The notes: generated by a model not told the origin, from the sequence alone. Positions 26,831 to 36,695 are shown, numbered from the stretch's first letter. The stretch is DNA of 64,000 bases from Euryarchaeota archaeon SCGC AAA252-I15 (GCA_000402775.1 AQSC01000061.1:6496-70495), one strand, 5' to 3'. A program made the numbers and translations.

Positions 26831-29800
26831 TCAGTCGTTCCTCTTAGCTTCAAGTTTCAGAAGTTTCCCGTGCAAATCCCGAAGAAGGGGTACCCCAATG
26901 TCCTCATCGATTTTCCCAGACTTGATTTTACGCTTCAAAAGCTTAATCTGCTCGGAAACCTCCCTTATCTCGTATTCAAGACCTGAAGCAACCTGTCTTT
27001 TAGTCTGCTCTTTAGGGACTTGTTTTCCGATAACATCCCAAAGCTCGGTATAAAGGTCTTTTTCACCGCTTTGTTCAAGTTGTTTTTCAGCAAGCCTATA
27101 CCAGGCGGGAAGAGTTGAAGATCGTGTATTTATAACTTCCATAAAATCCGAGAAATCCACTTTCCGTTCGGGCTTGCCCGAAAGCGCCTCAGCCCAAGGC
27201 CGCTCTAAAGCCAAATCCACGCAAGTTTTAACGTCCGCTGAAGAAAAACCCTCCATGAATCCAGACAATTTCTTGAAATCCAATCCAGTTTCAACCTGCT
27301 TGCCCTGAGTGTGTAAACTAAGAATCTCGGACCTCGTTTCAGCATCAGGGGCTGAAACAAAAACCTGTTCCGTAAACCTTCCAGCACGTCTAAGCGCAGG
27401 ATCAACAGCCCACGGAGCATTCGTGGACGCCAAAACCATGACACCATCACGGTCTTTGAATCCGTCTAATTCAGTTAGAAACTGGTTTACAAGAGTCCTA
27501 GATTTACCGGCAGCCTCTCGTCTCGGTGCTATCGCATCAATCTCATCAAAGAATATTATTGAGGGAGTGTTTCGGACAGCACGCTCAAAAATCGCGTTAA
27601 GCCTTCGCTCGCTTTCACCCACTTCTTCAGAGAGAATGTCAGTGATTTTCACGTTGAAAAAAGTTGCATTACATTCTCCGGCAGTAGCCCGCGCAAGATA
27701 TGTTTTACCGCAACCGGGGGGGCCGTAAAAGAGGATTCCGCCTCCCACATCGCGAGAGTACTTCGCGGAAAGTTTTGGTTTGGTTAAAGGGTAAACTATG
27801 GTTCTTTTGATTTTTTCCTTGGTTGAAGACAAGTCCGCAACATCCTTAAACTTTAATTTGGGCTTGATTGCAGCCTCAATACCGCCAGCATACTTCATGA
27901 TGTCTTCCAACATGTTTGAGAAAACCTCAGCCTCACCACTCTCATTAATCTGGGTTAAAGCAAGCTTAAACCAGGGTGGAAGAGAACTATTCCGCTCTTC
28001 TATTGCGGAAATAAAATCTTTTTGATTTGCCTTTCGAGCCGTCGTGCCGGAAAGAGCCTCAGCCCAAGGCTTGTCAATCGCGTCATCGCATACAGCTTTA
28101 ATGTCAGCGCTAGAGTATCCTTCAGTCAATTTTGAAAGTTGCTTGAAGTCGACGTTAGAGGATATTGGACGGTCCCGAGTATGGATTTCGAAAATCTTTT
28201 CTCGAACATCCTTCCCGGGAGGTGGAACATATATCTGGTCGGTTAAACGTCCAGCCCGCCTTAAGGCAGGATCAACATCCCAAGGAGTGTTAGTAGAAGC
28301 CAAGACCATGACACCTTCACGGTCTTTGAAGCCGTCAAGTTCTGATAAAAACTGGTTTACCAAAGTCCGGGATATTCCGGCAGACTCCCTTCTGGGAGCC
28401 AGGGCATCAATCTCGTCGAAAAATACGATTGCCGGAGTGTTTTGGTAAGCGCGTTCGAAAACATACTTAAGGTTTTTTTCAGGGTCTCCAATCTCGCTTG
28501 AAAGAATGTCGGTGACTTTGATGTTGAAGAAGGTTGCATCACATTCGCCGGCAGTAGCCCTTGCAATGTAGGTTTTCCCGCAACCAGGAGGACCGTAGAG
28601 TATGGCACCTCCACCAACCTTTTTCTTGTATTTCCTGGCAATCTCCGGTTTAACGAGAGGATTGATGATTGAGTTGGTGACCTTATCCTTGACATCCTCC
28701 ATATTCGCAACATCAATAAACCTGAGTTTGGGCTTAACCTCCTGGTCAACACCGCCCGCATGCCTTAAAATTTGACGCGACAAATCAGCAAACAACTCGA
28801 CTTCCCCGCTTTTCCTGATCTGCTTTTCAGCCTGCTTGTACCAGGCAGTCAAAGAACTAGGCCTTACACCCAAAACAATCAAGAAATCATTCATAGTCGC
28901 CTTACGCGCGGGAGCGCCCTTTAAAGCCTCCGCCCAAGGAATCTCAAGAGCATCATCACAAACAGCCTTGATATCGGCACTGGAATAACCTTCAGTAAGC
29001 TCTCCAAGCTTTTCAAGATCTACTTTAGATGAGACGGGCCGCTTTTTCGTGTTTAATTTGAAAATCTCGAGACGAGTCAAGTAATTTGGGGGGGGGATGA
29101 AAATCAGATCTGCAAATCTCCCAGGCCTTCTAAGGGCGGGATCAAGATCCCATGGAACGTTAGTGGAACCAAGAATTAGAACATTCTCGGAGTAATTTTC
29201 AACGCCATCCATCTCCATTAAAAACTGGTTCACTATAACCCTTGAACTAGATCCTGCACTGTCACGCCGCTCAGCCAACGCATCAATCTCGTCGAAAAAC
29301 AGGATGCAGGGAGCACTCTTGCTCGCTGTCGAAAAAACCTCGTGAATGTTTTTTGCTCCGGCCTCATCACCCCCTGAAATTATGTCTGAAGTGTTTATGT
29401 TAAAGAAATTTAGTCCGCATTCACCCACAGTAGCCCGTGCGATATAGGTTTTACCGCAGCCGGGAGGACCGTAAAAGAGAATCCTTCCCCCGCCCTTCTT
29501 CTCATATTTCTTAGAGACTTCAACGTGTTGGAGGGGGTAGATTATTGCTTCCCTGATCTTCTCCTTAACCTCCTTTAAATCCGCAACGTGAGAGAAGTTT
29601 ATTGTGGAGGCCTCAATCGGAACCGAACCCCCAGCACCCATCTCAGTTGAAAATGAGATGGGTTCAAGCTTCACTTCAGAGGGAAACCCAGTCTTAAGTC
29701 TCTTGTAGCCTTTCGGACAGGCGAGATATTTTATTTCCGTTGCAGGACCCTCACCGCCCTTATGCTCAATTATTGCATAGGGTAAGTACACAAGTCCCTT

Positions 29801-30463
29801 AAGTATTACTTTTCCACCGAAAAATTGGCCTAACACCTCAGCAACCCTGTCGTGGTTGAATTGAATCGGATCTTTTATGTAATCATCATCTCCCATATCG
29901 GATGTGTGCAAAGCAGCGCCTATATCATACCTTAGGTTTGAAAAAACGGGTAGGTGAAAACCCAACCGTACATAATACCGGTGCATTATTATGTCGTCTT
30001 CAAGGTAGTATCTTAAGAAATTGAACATTTGACTTGACTCCCTCTCATAAGTTTCGATAAAACCTTCATTTTTAAGTTCAGCGACCACTTCACGATCAAG
30101 TTGGTCGTAGGGAATGCTCCCATACTCGTATAATTGGCCTAATGTGGTGATTATCACGTCCTTGTAGTCGATTATTTGCCGTACTAATCCGTCTTTAACA
30201 AGCTTGGGATCCTTGAATATGCTCCCTCTTTTAGTGTAATATAGGTCACAATGTGATAAGTCGACGTAAAAATTGTTTTCTCTCCGGTCAAAAGAAGTTG
30301 TCTTGAAAAAAACCCCTTTTTTTACTTCCTCAGTCCTCAATACCTTAAAAACTCCTAAGGGTGCATAACGTTTTGTTACGGACCCTTGAGCGGATTTCAA
30401 TATTTTTTCTTCAATGTCTTCAGGTATTGTGAAGGCTTGAGTTTGAACTTTTGTAATCTTCAT
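26831..30463 (-). CDS. Giant AAA+ ATPase (1210 aa): a Cdc48-like N-terminal region followed by three tandem Vps4/meiotic-clade-like AAA modules, each with its own C-terminal helical subdomain
   Basis: Three Walker A sites (ILFYGPPGCGKTYIARATVGEC / AILYGPPGCGKTYIARATAGEC / ILFYGPPGCGKTYLARATAGEC). Three Walker B sites (FFDEIDA). Three copies of STN(V/T/A)PW.(L/V)DPALRR(P/A)GR. Three copies of TEGYSSADIKAVCDDA..PWAEAL. The modules are about 75-80% identical at nucleotide level between units 2 and 3. Confidence 0.75.
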   Translation of the reverse strand: MKITKVQTQAFTIPEDIEEKILKSAQGSVTKRYAPLGVFKVLRTEEVKKGVFFKTTSFDRRENNFYVDLSHCDLYYTKRGSIFKDPKLVKDGLVRQIIDYKDVIITTLGQLYEYGSIPYDQLDREVVAELKNEGFIETYERESSQMFNFLRYYLEDDIIMHRYYVRLGFHLPVFSNLRYDIGAALHTSDMGDDDYIKDPIQFNHDRVAEVLGQFFGGKVILKGLVYLPYAIIEHKGGEGPATEIKYLACPKGYKRLKTGFPSEVKLEPISFSTEMGAGGSVPIEASTINFSHVADLKEVKEKIREAIIYPLQHVEVSKKYEKKGGGRILFYGPPGCGKTYIARATVGECGLNFFNINTSDIISGGDEAGAKNIHEVFSTASKSAPCILFFDEIDALAERRDSAGSSSRVIVNQFLMEMDGVENYSENVLILGSTNVPWDLDPALRRPGRFADLIFIPPPNYLTRLEIFKLNTKKRPVSSKVDLEKLGELTEGYSSADIKAVCDDALEIPWAEALKGAPARKATMNDFLIVLGVRPSSLTAWYKQAEKQIRKSGEVELFADLSRQILRHAGGVDQEVKPKLRFIDVANMEDVKDKVTNSIINPLVKPEIARKYKKKVGGGAILYGPPGCGKTYIARATAGECDATFFNIKVTDILSSEIGDPEKNLKYVFERAYQNTPAIVFFDEIDALAPRRESAGISRTLVNQFLSELDGFKDREGVMVLASTNTPWDVDPALRRAGRLTDQIYVPPPGKDVREKIFEIHTRDRPISSNVDFKQLSKLTEGYSSADIKAVCDDAIDKPWAEALSGTTARKANQKDFISAIEERNSSLPPWFKLALTQINESGEAEVFSNMLEDIMKYAGGIEAAIKPKLKFKDVADLSSTKEKIKRTIVYPLTKPKLSAKYSRDVGGGILFYGPPGCGKTYLARATAGECNATFFNVKITDILSEEVGESERRLNAIFERAVRNTPSIIFFDEIDAIAPRREAAGKSRTLVNQFLTELDGFKDRDGVMVLASTNAPWAVDPALRRAGRFTEQVFVSAPDAETRSEILSLHTQGKQVETGLDFKKLSGFMEGFSSADVKTCVDLALERPWAEALSGKPERKVDFSDFMEVINTRSSTLPAWYRLAEKQLEQSGEKDLYTELWDVIGKQVPKEQTKRQVASGLEYEIREVSEQIKLLKRKIKSGKIDEDIGVPLLRDLHGKLLKLEAKRND

Positions 30464-30564
30464 GATGTGAAAGGATATTTGAGTTTGTTTTTTTATATGA
30501 CGTGATTGTATTTTTAAATTCAGGTGAAGATATTTTAAGTGTCATTGTTCTTTGAGGTTGGTTT

Positions 30565-31026
30565 ATGGAATTATTCAAGAAAAATATTGGAGATTACTTG
30601 GACGTTTTGAAGACGCCGATTGTATTGTTAATTGCTTTGTCTGTTATTCAATTTGTGGTGAGAGTAATAGGGTATTTTCTGAAAAACGGGATAATAAGAA
30701 TTCTGGGGTGGGTTATTCTAGCATTTATGGAATTGTTCTGGCTCCTCATCCTGATTTACGTTAGCTGGATAGTAGTCCACTCGAAAAGATGGGATGCAAT
30801 GAATACCCTTTTTGCGGGGGTAATTTTTGGATTAATCGGCGGATTGGTCGTAGGAATCGGCCTTGTTTTTGGAAATATTGTAGCCTTGATACTTTCCGAT
30901 AGTTGGACTCTGTTTAAAGTCGGGGTCTGGTCCCTGGCAATAACGGTTTTAATACCGATAACAATGTGTGTTTTCGGAGGGTTTATATCCGGGATAATTG
31001 GTATATTATTGGAAAACAGGGGGTAA
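30565..31026 (+). CDS. Hypothetical membrane protein (153 aa, 4 TM)
   Basis: Hydrophobic ORF with Gly-rich TM helices (GVIFGLIGGLVVGIGLVFG). Confidence 0.4.
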   Translation: MELFKKNIGDYLDVLKTPIVLLIALSVIQFVVRVIGYFLKNGIIRILGWVILAFMELFWLLILIYVSWIVVHSKRWDAMNTLFAGVIFGLIGGLVVGIGLVFGNIVALILSDSWTLFKVGVWSLAITVLIPITMCVFGGFISGIIGILLENRG

Positions 31027-31030
31027 AAAA

Positions 31031-31555
31031 ATGCATGTCGACTATGGAGTGTGTGTGAAAAAAGGAATTGATGTATTCAAGGATAATGCACTAGCTTTTA
31101 TCATAGCGACATTCATTGCTATTGTTGGTATGATACCAGTCATCACTGCACCACCTCTTATCGCAGGTCTTTTTTACATGGCAGACAAGGGAATGAAGGG
31201 TAGAAAAGTTGAGGTAAGCGATATCTTCGAGGGATTAGACTATCTTATACCATCACTTATTTATGGATTAATCGTCCTTGTAGGACTTATGGTCTTCATA
31301 GTTCCTGGCGTAGTGATACTAATCCTTGGAATCTACGCCATGCCAATACTAGTAATAGACAAAGTTGACGGGCTTACAGCTGTTAAAAAGGCCTTGAACT
31401 TTGGTAAAGAAAACTTCCTCGATGTTTTAGGAGTGTCATTTATGACAATGGTCCTCTTTATTGTAGGAGAATCCGTATTTATGGTCGGAAGCCTTATAAC
31501 GATTCCAATTGCGATTATTGCGATAACAAAGGCGTATGAAGTGTCAATGAGCTAG
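31031..31555 (+). CDS. Small polytopic membrane protein, paralog of 44228..44824
   Basis: Start placed at ATG 31031, which is preceded by AGGGGG. It shares PPLIAGLFYMADKGMKG..V..SDIFEGLDYL with the 44228 protein ([32 protein letters not shown]), then 3-4 TM helices. Confidence 0.55.
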   Translation: MHVDYGVCVKKGIDVFKDNALAFIIATFIAIVGMIPVITAPPLIAGLFYMADKGMKGRKVEVSDIFEGLDYLIPSLIYGLIVLVGLMVFIVPGVVILILGIYAMPILVIDKVDGLTAVKKALNFGKENFLDVLGVSFMTMVLFIVGESVFMVGSLITIPIAIIAITKAYEVSMS

Positions 31556-31585
31556 TTCAGCAGGGTGTTGGTTGCACCCTTATTC

Positions 31586-32389
31586 TTATTGTTTTTTGTG
31601 TTTTATTTCCACTGATTTTATTTTTCCACCTCGGTCGGCGATGGATGTTACAACTATGTTTAATGCCTGGTCTACTGCAAGCTGGCTTTTCCCGGTGACT
31701 TCGATGAACAAGTTTTTTGTTTCTTCAGTAATTCTTGTTAATTCCCCGTTAATGATTGGTGGAAATGATAGGACGTTTTGTTGCGAGTCCACGATGATTG
31801 GGTATTTTTCGGCTCCTTCAAGTGTGAATGCGTAGTCTACGCCCTTAGGGTGTTTTTCCAAGATTTCGATTAAATTCATTTCATCTTGAGTATCCAAGGG
31901 TATAAAAGAGATGCTGTCTGGTTTGACTGCCTTGTAAGTGTAGGGTGGAGTGAGTTTGTCGGAATCATGGACTCCTATCGCAACCTTAACCCTGTTTCTT
32001 CCGTGAGTTGTGTGAAGCTTTTCCTGAACGTTCATAAGAGAGCGTAACCCAAAATCGTTTATTTTAACGCCGTCTATTTGGGCTGCGCAAACAAAAGGCC
32101 TGATTTTTTCAACTGAGGGGTCAACATACAGTGTTATGTCAGATTTTAAAACTTCATAATCAATAAAGCCTTTCTCAAGGCCGAAAAAACCCTTAAACGC
32201 GCGTACGAAACCTTCTATACTTAGCATGTCAGGCCTGTTTGGAAAAACCTCTAAAACCATTTTTTCTTCATCAATTTCCTCAAGGCTTACTCCAATCATG
32301 GGGATAGATTCCTCAAGCTCGGTTAGTGACAAATCCTTTCCCCCCAGAAGGTTAAGCAAATCTTCTGTTGCGAATTCTACTGTTGGCAT
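31586..32389 (-). CDS. Phenylalanyl-tRNA synthetase beta-subunit N-terminal (B1 + B3/4 domain) homolog, a stand-alone or split gene
   Basis: Its N-terminal segment (MPTVEFATEDLLNLLGGKDLSLTELEE...EVFPNRPDMLSIEGFVRA) matches the start of archaeal PheT (B1 domain). RPFVCAAQIDGV and LSFPPIINGELTRI match the B3/4 domain. The protein stops at 267 aa, where full-length PheT continues with B5 and catalytic-like domains. Confidence 0.5.
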   Translation of the reverse strand: MPTVEFATEDLLNLLGGKDLSLTELEESIPMIGVSLEEIDEEKMVLEVFPNRPDMLSIEGFVRAFKGFFGLEKGFIDYEVLKSDITLYVDPSVEKIRPFVCAAQIDGVKINDFGLRSLMNVQEKLHTTHGRNRVKVAIGVHDSDKLTPPYTYKAVKPDSISFIPLDTQDEMNLIEILEKHPKGVDYAFTLEGAEKYPIIVDSQQNVLSFPPIINGELTRITEETKNLFIEVTGKSQLAVDQALNIVVTSIADRGGKIKSVEIKHKKQ

Positions 32390-32444
32390 TTTGTACTTTT
32401 TTTAACTCATTCAAATACATTCATATTAGGACGAGGTGATTTAA

Positions 32445-32837
32445 ATGAAGGTTCTTATCGCGGGGGGAGGGACTATGGGACGCGAAATTGCAAAAGCCCT
32501 TCCAGACCATGAAATAATAATTATTGAGGAGAATCCTGACGTATGTAACAGGGACTCAAACGAACTTAACGCGACAGTACTGTGTGGAGACTGCAATAAA
32601 GTACATATGCTCAAAGAAGCCGGCTTTGAAGATGCGGGGGCAGTGATTTCGGTGACAAACAGCGATGAAGTAAACCTTCTTTTAGCCCTTTATGCGAAAA
32701 AACACGGAAAGCATGTTATCGCCCGTGTGAAAGAAGATGAATACATTCAACTTTTCGAGGATTATGGTATTGATCACATAATCTCCCCTGAAAAACGCGC
32801 TGCATTGGATATTGCAAATAAAGTTGTGTGGGATTAA
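32445..32837 (+). CDS. trkA: TrkA-N NAD-binding regulatory subunit of the K+ transporter
   Basis: MKVLIAGGGTMGREIAKAL is a Rossmann GxGxxG. A 130-aa single RCK_N domain overlapping the start of the downstream TrkH gene. Confidence 0.75.
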   Translation: MKVLIAGGGTMGREIAKALPDHEIIIIEENPDVCNRDSNELNATVLCGDCNKVHMLKEAGFEDAGAVISVTNSDEVNLLLALYAKKHGKHVIARVKEDEYIQLFEDYGIDHIISPEKRAALDIANKVVWD

Positions 32838-34339
32838 GTCAAATGCCTCTTCTAGATTCAGAAGATTTAAAAATCGCGCTTCGAGATTTAACTGGAATAT
32901 TCAAGATTGCATGCATTATAATGCTCATACCAATCTTGTTCACAATTTATTACAGTCAGGATAAGAGCCCCCTCAATTTAGTATTAAGGTCTTTGGTTTT
33001 TACGGTGCCGTCTCTAGTTTTTCTGATGTTGTATAAATATTTTAAAAAATTTTATGTAATAGACAAGCAAACCCAGACAAAACACGCATTGATTTCAGTG
33101 TCAATAGCATGGCTAGTGTTTGCCGCAGTAGGCTCACTCCCTTTTATGATCCGGGGGACTTTGAATCCTGTAGACGCATTTTTTGAGAGTATGAGTGGTT
33201 GGTCAACTACGGGTATGACCATGATAGAATACCCTGAATTGTTGTTTGGAGGTAACGAAGACATTTTATTTTACAGGAGTTTAACACACCTTGTTGGTGG
33301 AGTTGGAATTATTGCATTAGGACTTATGATCCTGATACACTCTGGAACTGCAGCCATGACTTATTATTCCTCTGAAGTGGGATCCCATAGGATTAAGCCG
33401 GGCATAAAAAATACTGTTTACGAGACTTGGAAGATTTACCTTCTTTATACACTTGCGGGTGTTGTATTGTTTTATCTCGCAGGGATGACTCCCTTCGACG
33501 CCTTAAACCACGCTTTCGCAGCGATAGCCACTGGTGGTTTTTCAACCCACAGCAAAAGTATTGCGTATTTCGACAGCGCAATGATTGAAGTCGTGGCAAT
33601 ATTTTTAATGTTGATAGGGAGCATCAGTTTCCTAGTGCACTACAGGTTTTTCATTGGAGACTACAAGTATTTTCAAAAAAACATTGAAACAAGGTATATG
33701 TTCACCATAATCTTGATTGCTACGTCAGTCATATCATTATCTTTTTTACTATCAAACGACATTATTGGAGTTAATGTAGCATCAATCTTTGATGTGTTTA
33801 GAAAAGCTGTTTTTCAGGTCGTATCTTCAGTCTCATGCACTGGATTTTCAACGGTTAACGCTGGAGACTGGCCGCCTTTATCACAAACGGTTCTCATGGT
33901 CTTAATGTATACTGGAGGATTCTACGGGTCAACTGCGGGAGGTATAAAGCTTCTCAGGCTTGCAGTGGTGGTTAAGGCCATCCATTATACCACAATGAAG
34001 ATGGCACTGCCAAAATCTGCGGTTGTATCACTAAAAGTTTCAGAAAAAACTATTGAAGACAAAGAGATATTGTATGTCCTGGGGCTTTCAATGGCATATC
34101 TAATGATATCAATATTGGGTGCGGGAATTCTCATGGCCCTTGGATACGATGGATTAGACAGTATGAGCGTGAGTTTGTCTGCCATGGGTAATGTGGGTAT
34201 TGTGTATATCACTGGTGATTCATGGTTTAATATGCCGGCGGTTGGAAAACTTGTACTTGCGGGATTAATGTGGGTTGGAAGGCTTGAGATTTTCCCAATC
34301 CTCCTAGTCTTAAGGTCGGTTATGAATGTGAGAAGATGA
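32828..34339 (+). CDS. trkH: TrkH/KtrB-family K+ transporter membrane subunit
   Basis: 503 aa with repeated M-P-M modules and selectivity-filter-like glycine motifs (SGWSTTGM, IATGGFS, SCTGFST, TAGGIKL). Confidence 0.8.
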   Translation: MGLSQMPLLDSEDLKIALRDLTGIFKIACIIMLIPILFTIYYSQDKSPLNLVLRSLVFTVPSLVFLMLYKYFKKFYVIDKQTQTKHALISVSIAWLVFAAVGSLPFMIRGTLNPVDAFFESMSGWSTTGMTMIEYPELLFGGNEDILFYRSLTHLVGGVGIIALGLMILIHSGTAAMTYYSSEVGSHRIKPGIKNTVYETWKIYLLYTLAGVVLFYLAGMTPFDALNHAFAAIATGGFSTHSKSIAYFDSAMIEVVAIFLMLIGSISFLVHYRFFIGDYKYFQKNIETRYMFTIILIATSVISLSFLLSNDIIGVNVASIFDVFRKAVFQVVSSVSCTGFSTVNAGDWPPLSQTVLMVLMYTGGFYGSTAGGIKLLRLAVVVKAIHYTTMKMALPKSAVVSLKVSEKTIEDKEILYVLGLSMAYLMISILGAGILMALGYDGLDSMSVSLSAMGNVGIVYITGDSWFNMPAVGKLVLAGLMWVGRLEIFPILLVLRSVMNVRR

Positions 34340-34377
34340 TATTTTTTTATTTTAGCTTGAAAATTTAATTTTGTAAG

Positions 34378-35331
34378 ATGGTTTTGGATAAATTCGTCGA
34401 CGCGAGACTTCTTAGAACTCGAACAGTTTATGCAGTGCCGACCGCATTCTTCTTCGTGTTACTCGGATTCGTATCCTCAATGCTTGTTTTCTCCTCCCAG
34501 ATAAGCGTGGTCATGGTCGCATTCTCAAGCCTTCTGATACTACCTTACGTAATCAAGATATTCGAATTCGATGAATTAGATGTGGATATTGAAGGCTCAA
34601 GTTCAGATGATATAAGACAATGGGTGGTAAAGTGTTTGAGGGATGGTTACTCTCCAAAGCAGATTAAAGACAATCTAATTCGAGACAATTTGGATCGGAT
34701 AGATTCATTAATGCTGGATTTAGGCGTCATCGATGAAGTAAGAGATGAATACTTAAGTTTCTCAAACCCATTTTCAAGGCATAAGAAAACAATCCAATTT
34801 TACATAAGCCTGTTTTTCGGGATGTTTATAGCATACTCACTTCTTTACAGTGTTTTGCCAACATGGCTTAGTATTGAAGTATTCGAAAACCAACTGGACG
34901 TCCTAAGACCCGGACCCGTAGGATATTTCGGGTATGAGGGATTCTTCATGGAGATTGTGAAAAACAATTTGATTATAACGTTAGTGTGTGTACTATTATC
35001 CCTCATCTACGGGTCAGGTGCGATCTTCATCCTAAATTATAACGCATCAATTGCTGGAGTATTATACGGAAGCTCCATGCGGGCGATACTTCAGGGTGGA
35101 GGGGCATTTCTGTCAAACCCTTATGCATTCATACCGCATACCGTCATTGAAATACTCGCTTATCTCTTCGCCGCAATCGCAGGGGCAATACTCTCTAAAG
35201 CAGCCATGGGAGTCCTACCTGGAAACCCGAAAATGCTTTTAAAAGACGGGTTATTCTACTTGATGATTGCAGTAGTTCTCATCTTCGTCGGAGCAGCCGT
35301 AGAAGTAACAGTACCATTCATGTACCTTTAA
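34378..35331 (+). CDS. DUF95 / SpoIIM-like membrane protein
   Basis: C-terminal half has the GSGAIFILNYNASIAG ... IPHTVIEILAYLFAAIAGAILSKA pattern typical of the DUF95 family. 317 aa. Confidence 0.4.
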   Translation: MVLDKFVDARLLRTRTVYAVPTAFFFVLLGFVSSMLVFSSQISVVMVAFSSLLILPYVIKIFEFDELDVDIEGSSSDDIRQWVVKCLRDGYSPKQIKDNLIRDNLDRIDSLMLDLGVIDEVRDEYLSFSNPFSRHKKTIQFYISLFFGMFIAYSLLYSVLPTWLSIEVFENQLDVLRPGPVGYFGYEGFFMEIVKNNLIITLVCVLLSLIYGSGAIFILNYNASIAGVLYGSSMRAILQGGGAFLSNPYAFIPHTVIEILAYLFAAIAGAILSKAAMGVLPGNPKMLLKDGLFYLMIAVVLIFVGAAVEVTVPFMYL

Positions 35332-35458
35332 AAAAAATACGCCCCACACCACCAAAAAGAGCATAAAGCTTAATAAAATACAGGATAATTGTTGTTATAC
35401 GAAATCGTGCTACGCAGTGGCTCAAACCAAACTTTTATAAATTTATAAGAGATACAAT

Positions 35459-35788
35459 ATGAATATGAAAATACCAATCAAAAATTTTCTCAAAATAACA
35501 AAGAAAAAGGTAGTTATAACTATCATATTTCCTATTATAGCTATTTTAATCCTTTTTTCTTTTTTTGTATTTGATGAAATTCTTGGGTTAGGTGGCAATA
35601 TAATTGTCAATACAATTTGTGCATTTGAAGAATATCTTTACAATTTTATATTATTGCCACTAAATTTTGTTGATAGTGATTTCACCCCACCAATTATTTT
35701 TAAAATAGTTATTGTACTAATACCTATTTGGTGGTATTTTCTATCATGTGTATCAATATTTATAAAAGAAAAAAGATGGAAAAGATAA
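35459..35788 (+). CDS. Small AT-rich membrane protein (109 aa), part of an inserted cassette
   Basis: Coding region with a strongly lower GC fraction than its neighbours. Two or three TM helices. Preceded by an AT-rich spacer. Confidence 0.35.
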   Translation: MNMKIPIKNFLKITKKKVVITIIFPIIAILILFSFFVFDEILGLGGNIIVNTICAFEEYLYNFILLPLNFVDSDFTPPIIFKIVIVLIPIWWYFLSCVSIFIKEKRWKR

Positions 35789-36031
35789 TCACGCCACTGC
35801 TCCGCCCGACTCTGTGCTCCATTTCATTCCGCTTGAGGACGCTGCGCTTTCGCTTCACTGCGTTACGCTCACCCTCGTATAACAAAGGATAAAAGGAAAA
35901 TTGCTCGGCTCGCAATTTTCCCAAATTTTTCTTCCACTTCGTTCCAGAAAAACTTCTTTTATCCCTGATGTTAACTGTAATTACGGGGGGGGTTTTGATT
36001 TATATGGATATGTTATATATACTTATATAAG

Positions 36032-36298
36032 ATGGAAAATGTCACTGTTATGCATAGTCCAACGCTTGAATCGGTGTTGATGGTAGAGAAAGCAATCCAA
36101 AAATATAGTGCCGAAAAGGGAAAGTATCAACTTTGGAAGAAGTTACCGCGTAAAATGATGTATCAAACTTACCAAACAATATTAGACTACTTGGCTGAAT
36201 CAGGCAAGATAATAATCGACAAAGACGGTATCGTAATCTGGACATACAATCCGGAGCGGATAAAGAGGCTGATATCTGAGGATTTACTAGTAAGATGA
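36032..36298 (+). CDS. Putative antitoxin of a type II TA pair (88 aa)
   Basis: Immediately upstream of, and overlapping by 4 nt (ATGA), the RelE/ParE-like toxin gene. A TATA-like element (TTATATATACTTATATAAG) lies ~10-25 nt upstream. Confidence 0.45.
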   Translation: MENVTVMHSPTLESVLMVEKAIQKYSAEKGKYQLWKKLPRKMMYQTYQTILDYLAESGKIIIDKDGIVIWTYNPERIKRLISEDLLVR

Positions 36299-36630
36299 AC
36301 AAAGAAAGACGCGTCGGATTCATAACAAAAAAATTAAGGGTAGAATTCGACTCACTTAACAAGGGAAAAAGTAGTGATAAACAACTTTATGAATTCATCA
36401 ACAGGGCAATCGACGACTTGAAGGAAAAACCAACGTGCGGAATAAAAATTCCCAAGAAACTATGGCCTAAAACATACATAAAGAAATACGACATCACTAA
36501 CCTCTGGAAATATGATCTCCCTACTGGTTGGAGATTAATATACACTATTGAAACCGACGAGATAATGATTGTTGCAATAATCTTAGAATGGTTTGACCAC
36601 AAAAACTACAAAAAAAGATTCAACTACTGA
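36295..36630 (+). CDS. relE: RelE/ParE-superfamily toxin
   Basis: The C-terminal motif NLWKYDLPTGWRLIYTIETDEIMIVAIILEWFDHKNY matches the RelE/ParE consensus (LW.YRIGDYRIIY.I.D....V.IL.IGHRKDVY). 111 aa, basic. Confidence 0.6.
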   Translation: MNKERRVGFITKKLRVEFDSLNKGKSSDKQLYEFINRAIDDLKEKPTCGIKIPKKLWPKTYIKKYDITNLWKYDLPTGWRLIYTIETDEIMIVAIILEWFDHKNYKKRFNY

Positions 36631-36695
36631 ACGCCCCCCGCAACTCTGCGCTTCGCTTGCCTCAGCCCTACGGGCCTCGGACGGCTAACAGCGAT

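Noticed and set aside
27309-28448. Repeated ~900-bp periodic sequence, considered as a possible CRISPR-like or tandem non-coding repeat
   Set aside because: The periodicity is coding. It corresponds to three in-frame AAA modules of a single 1210-aa ORF. There are no short direct repeats with unique spacers.
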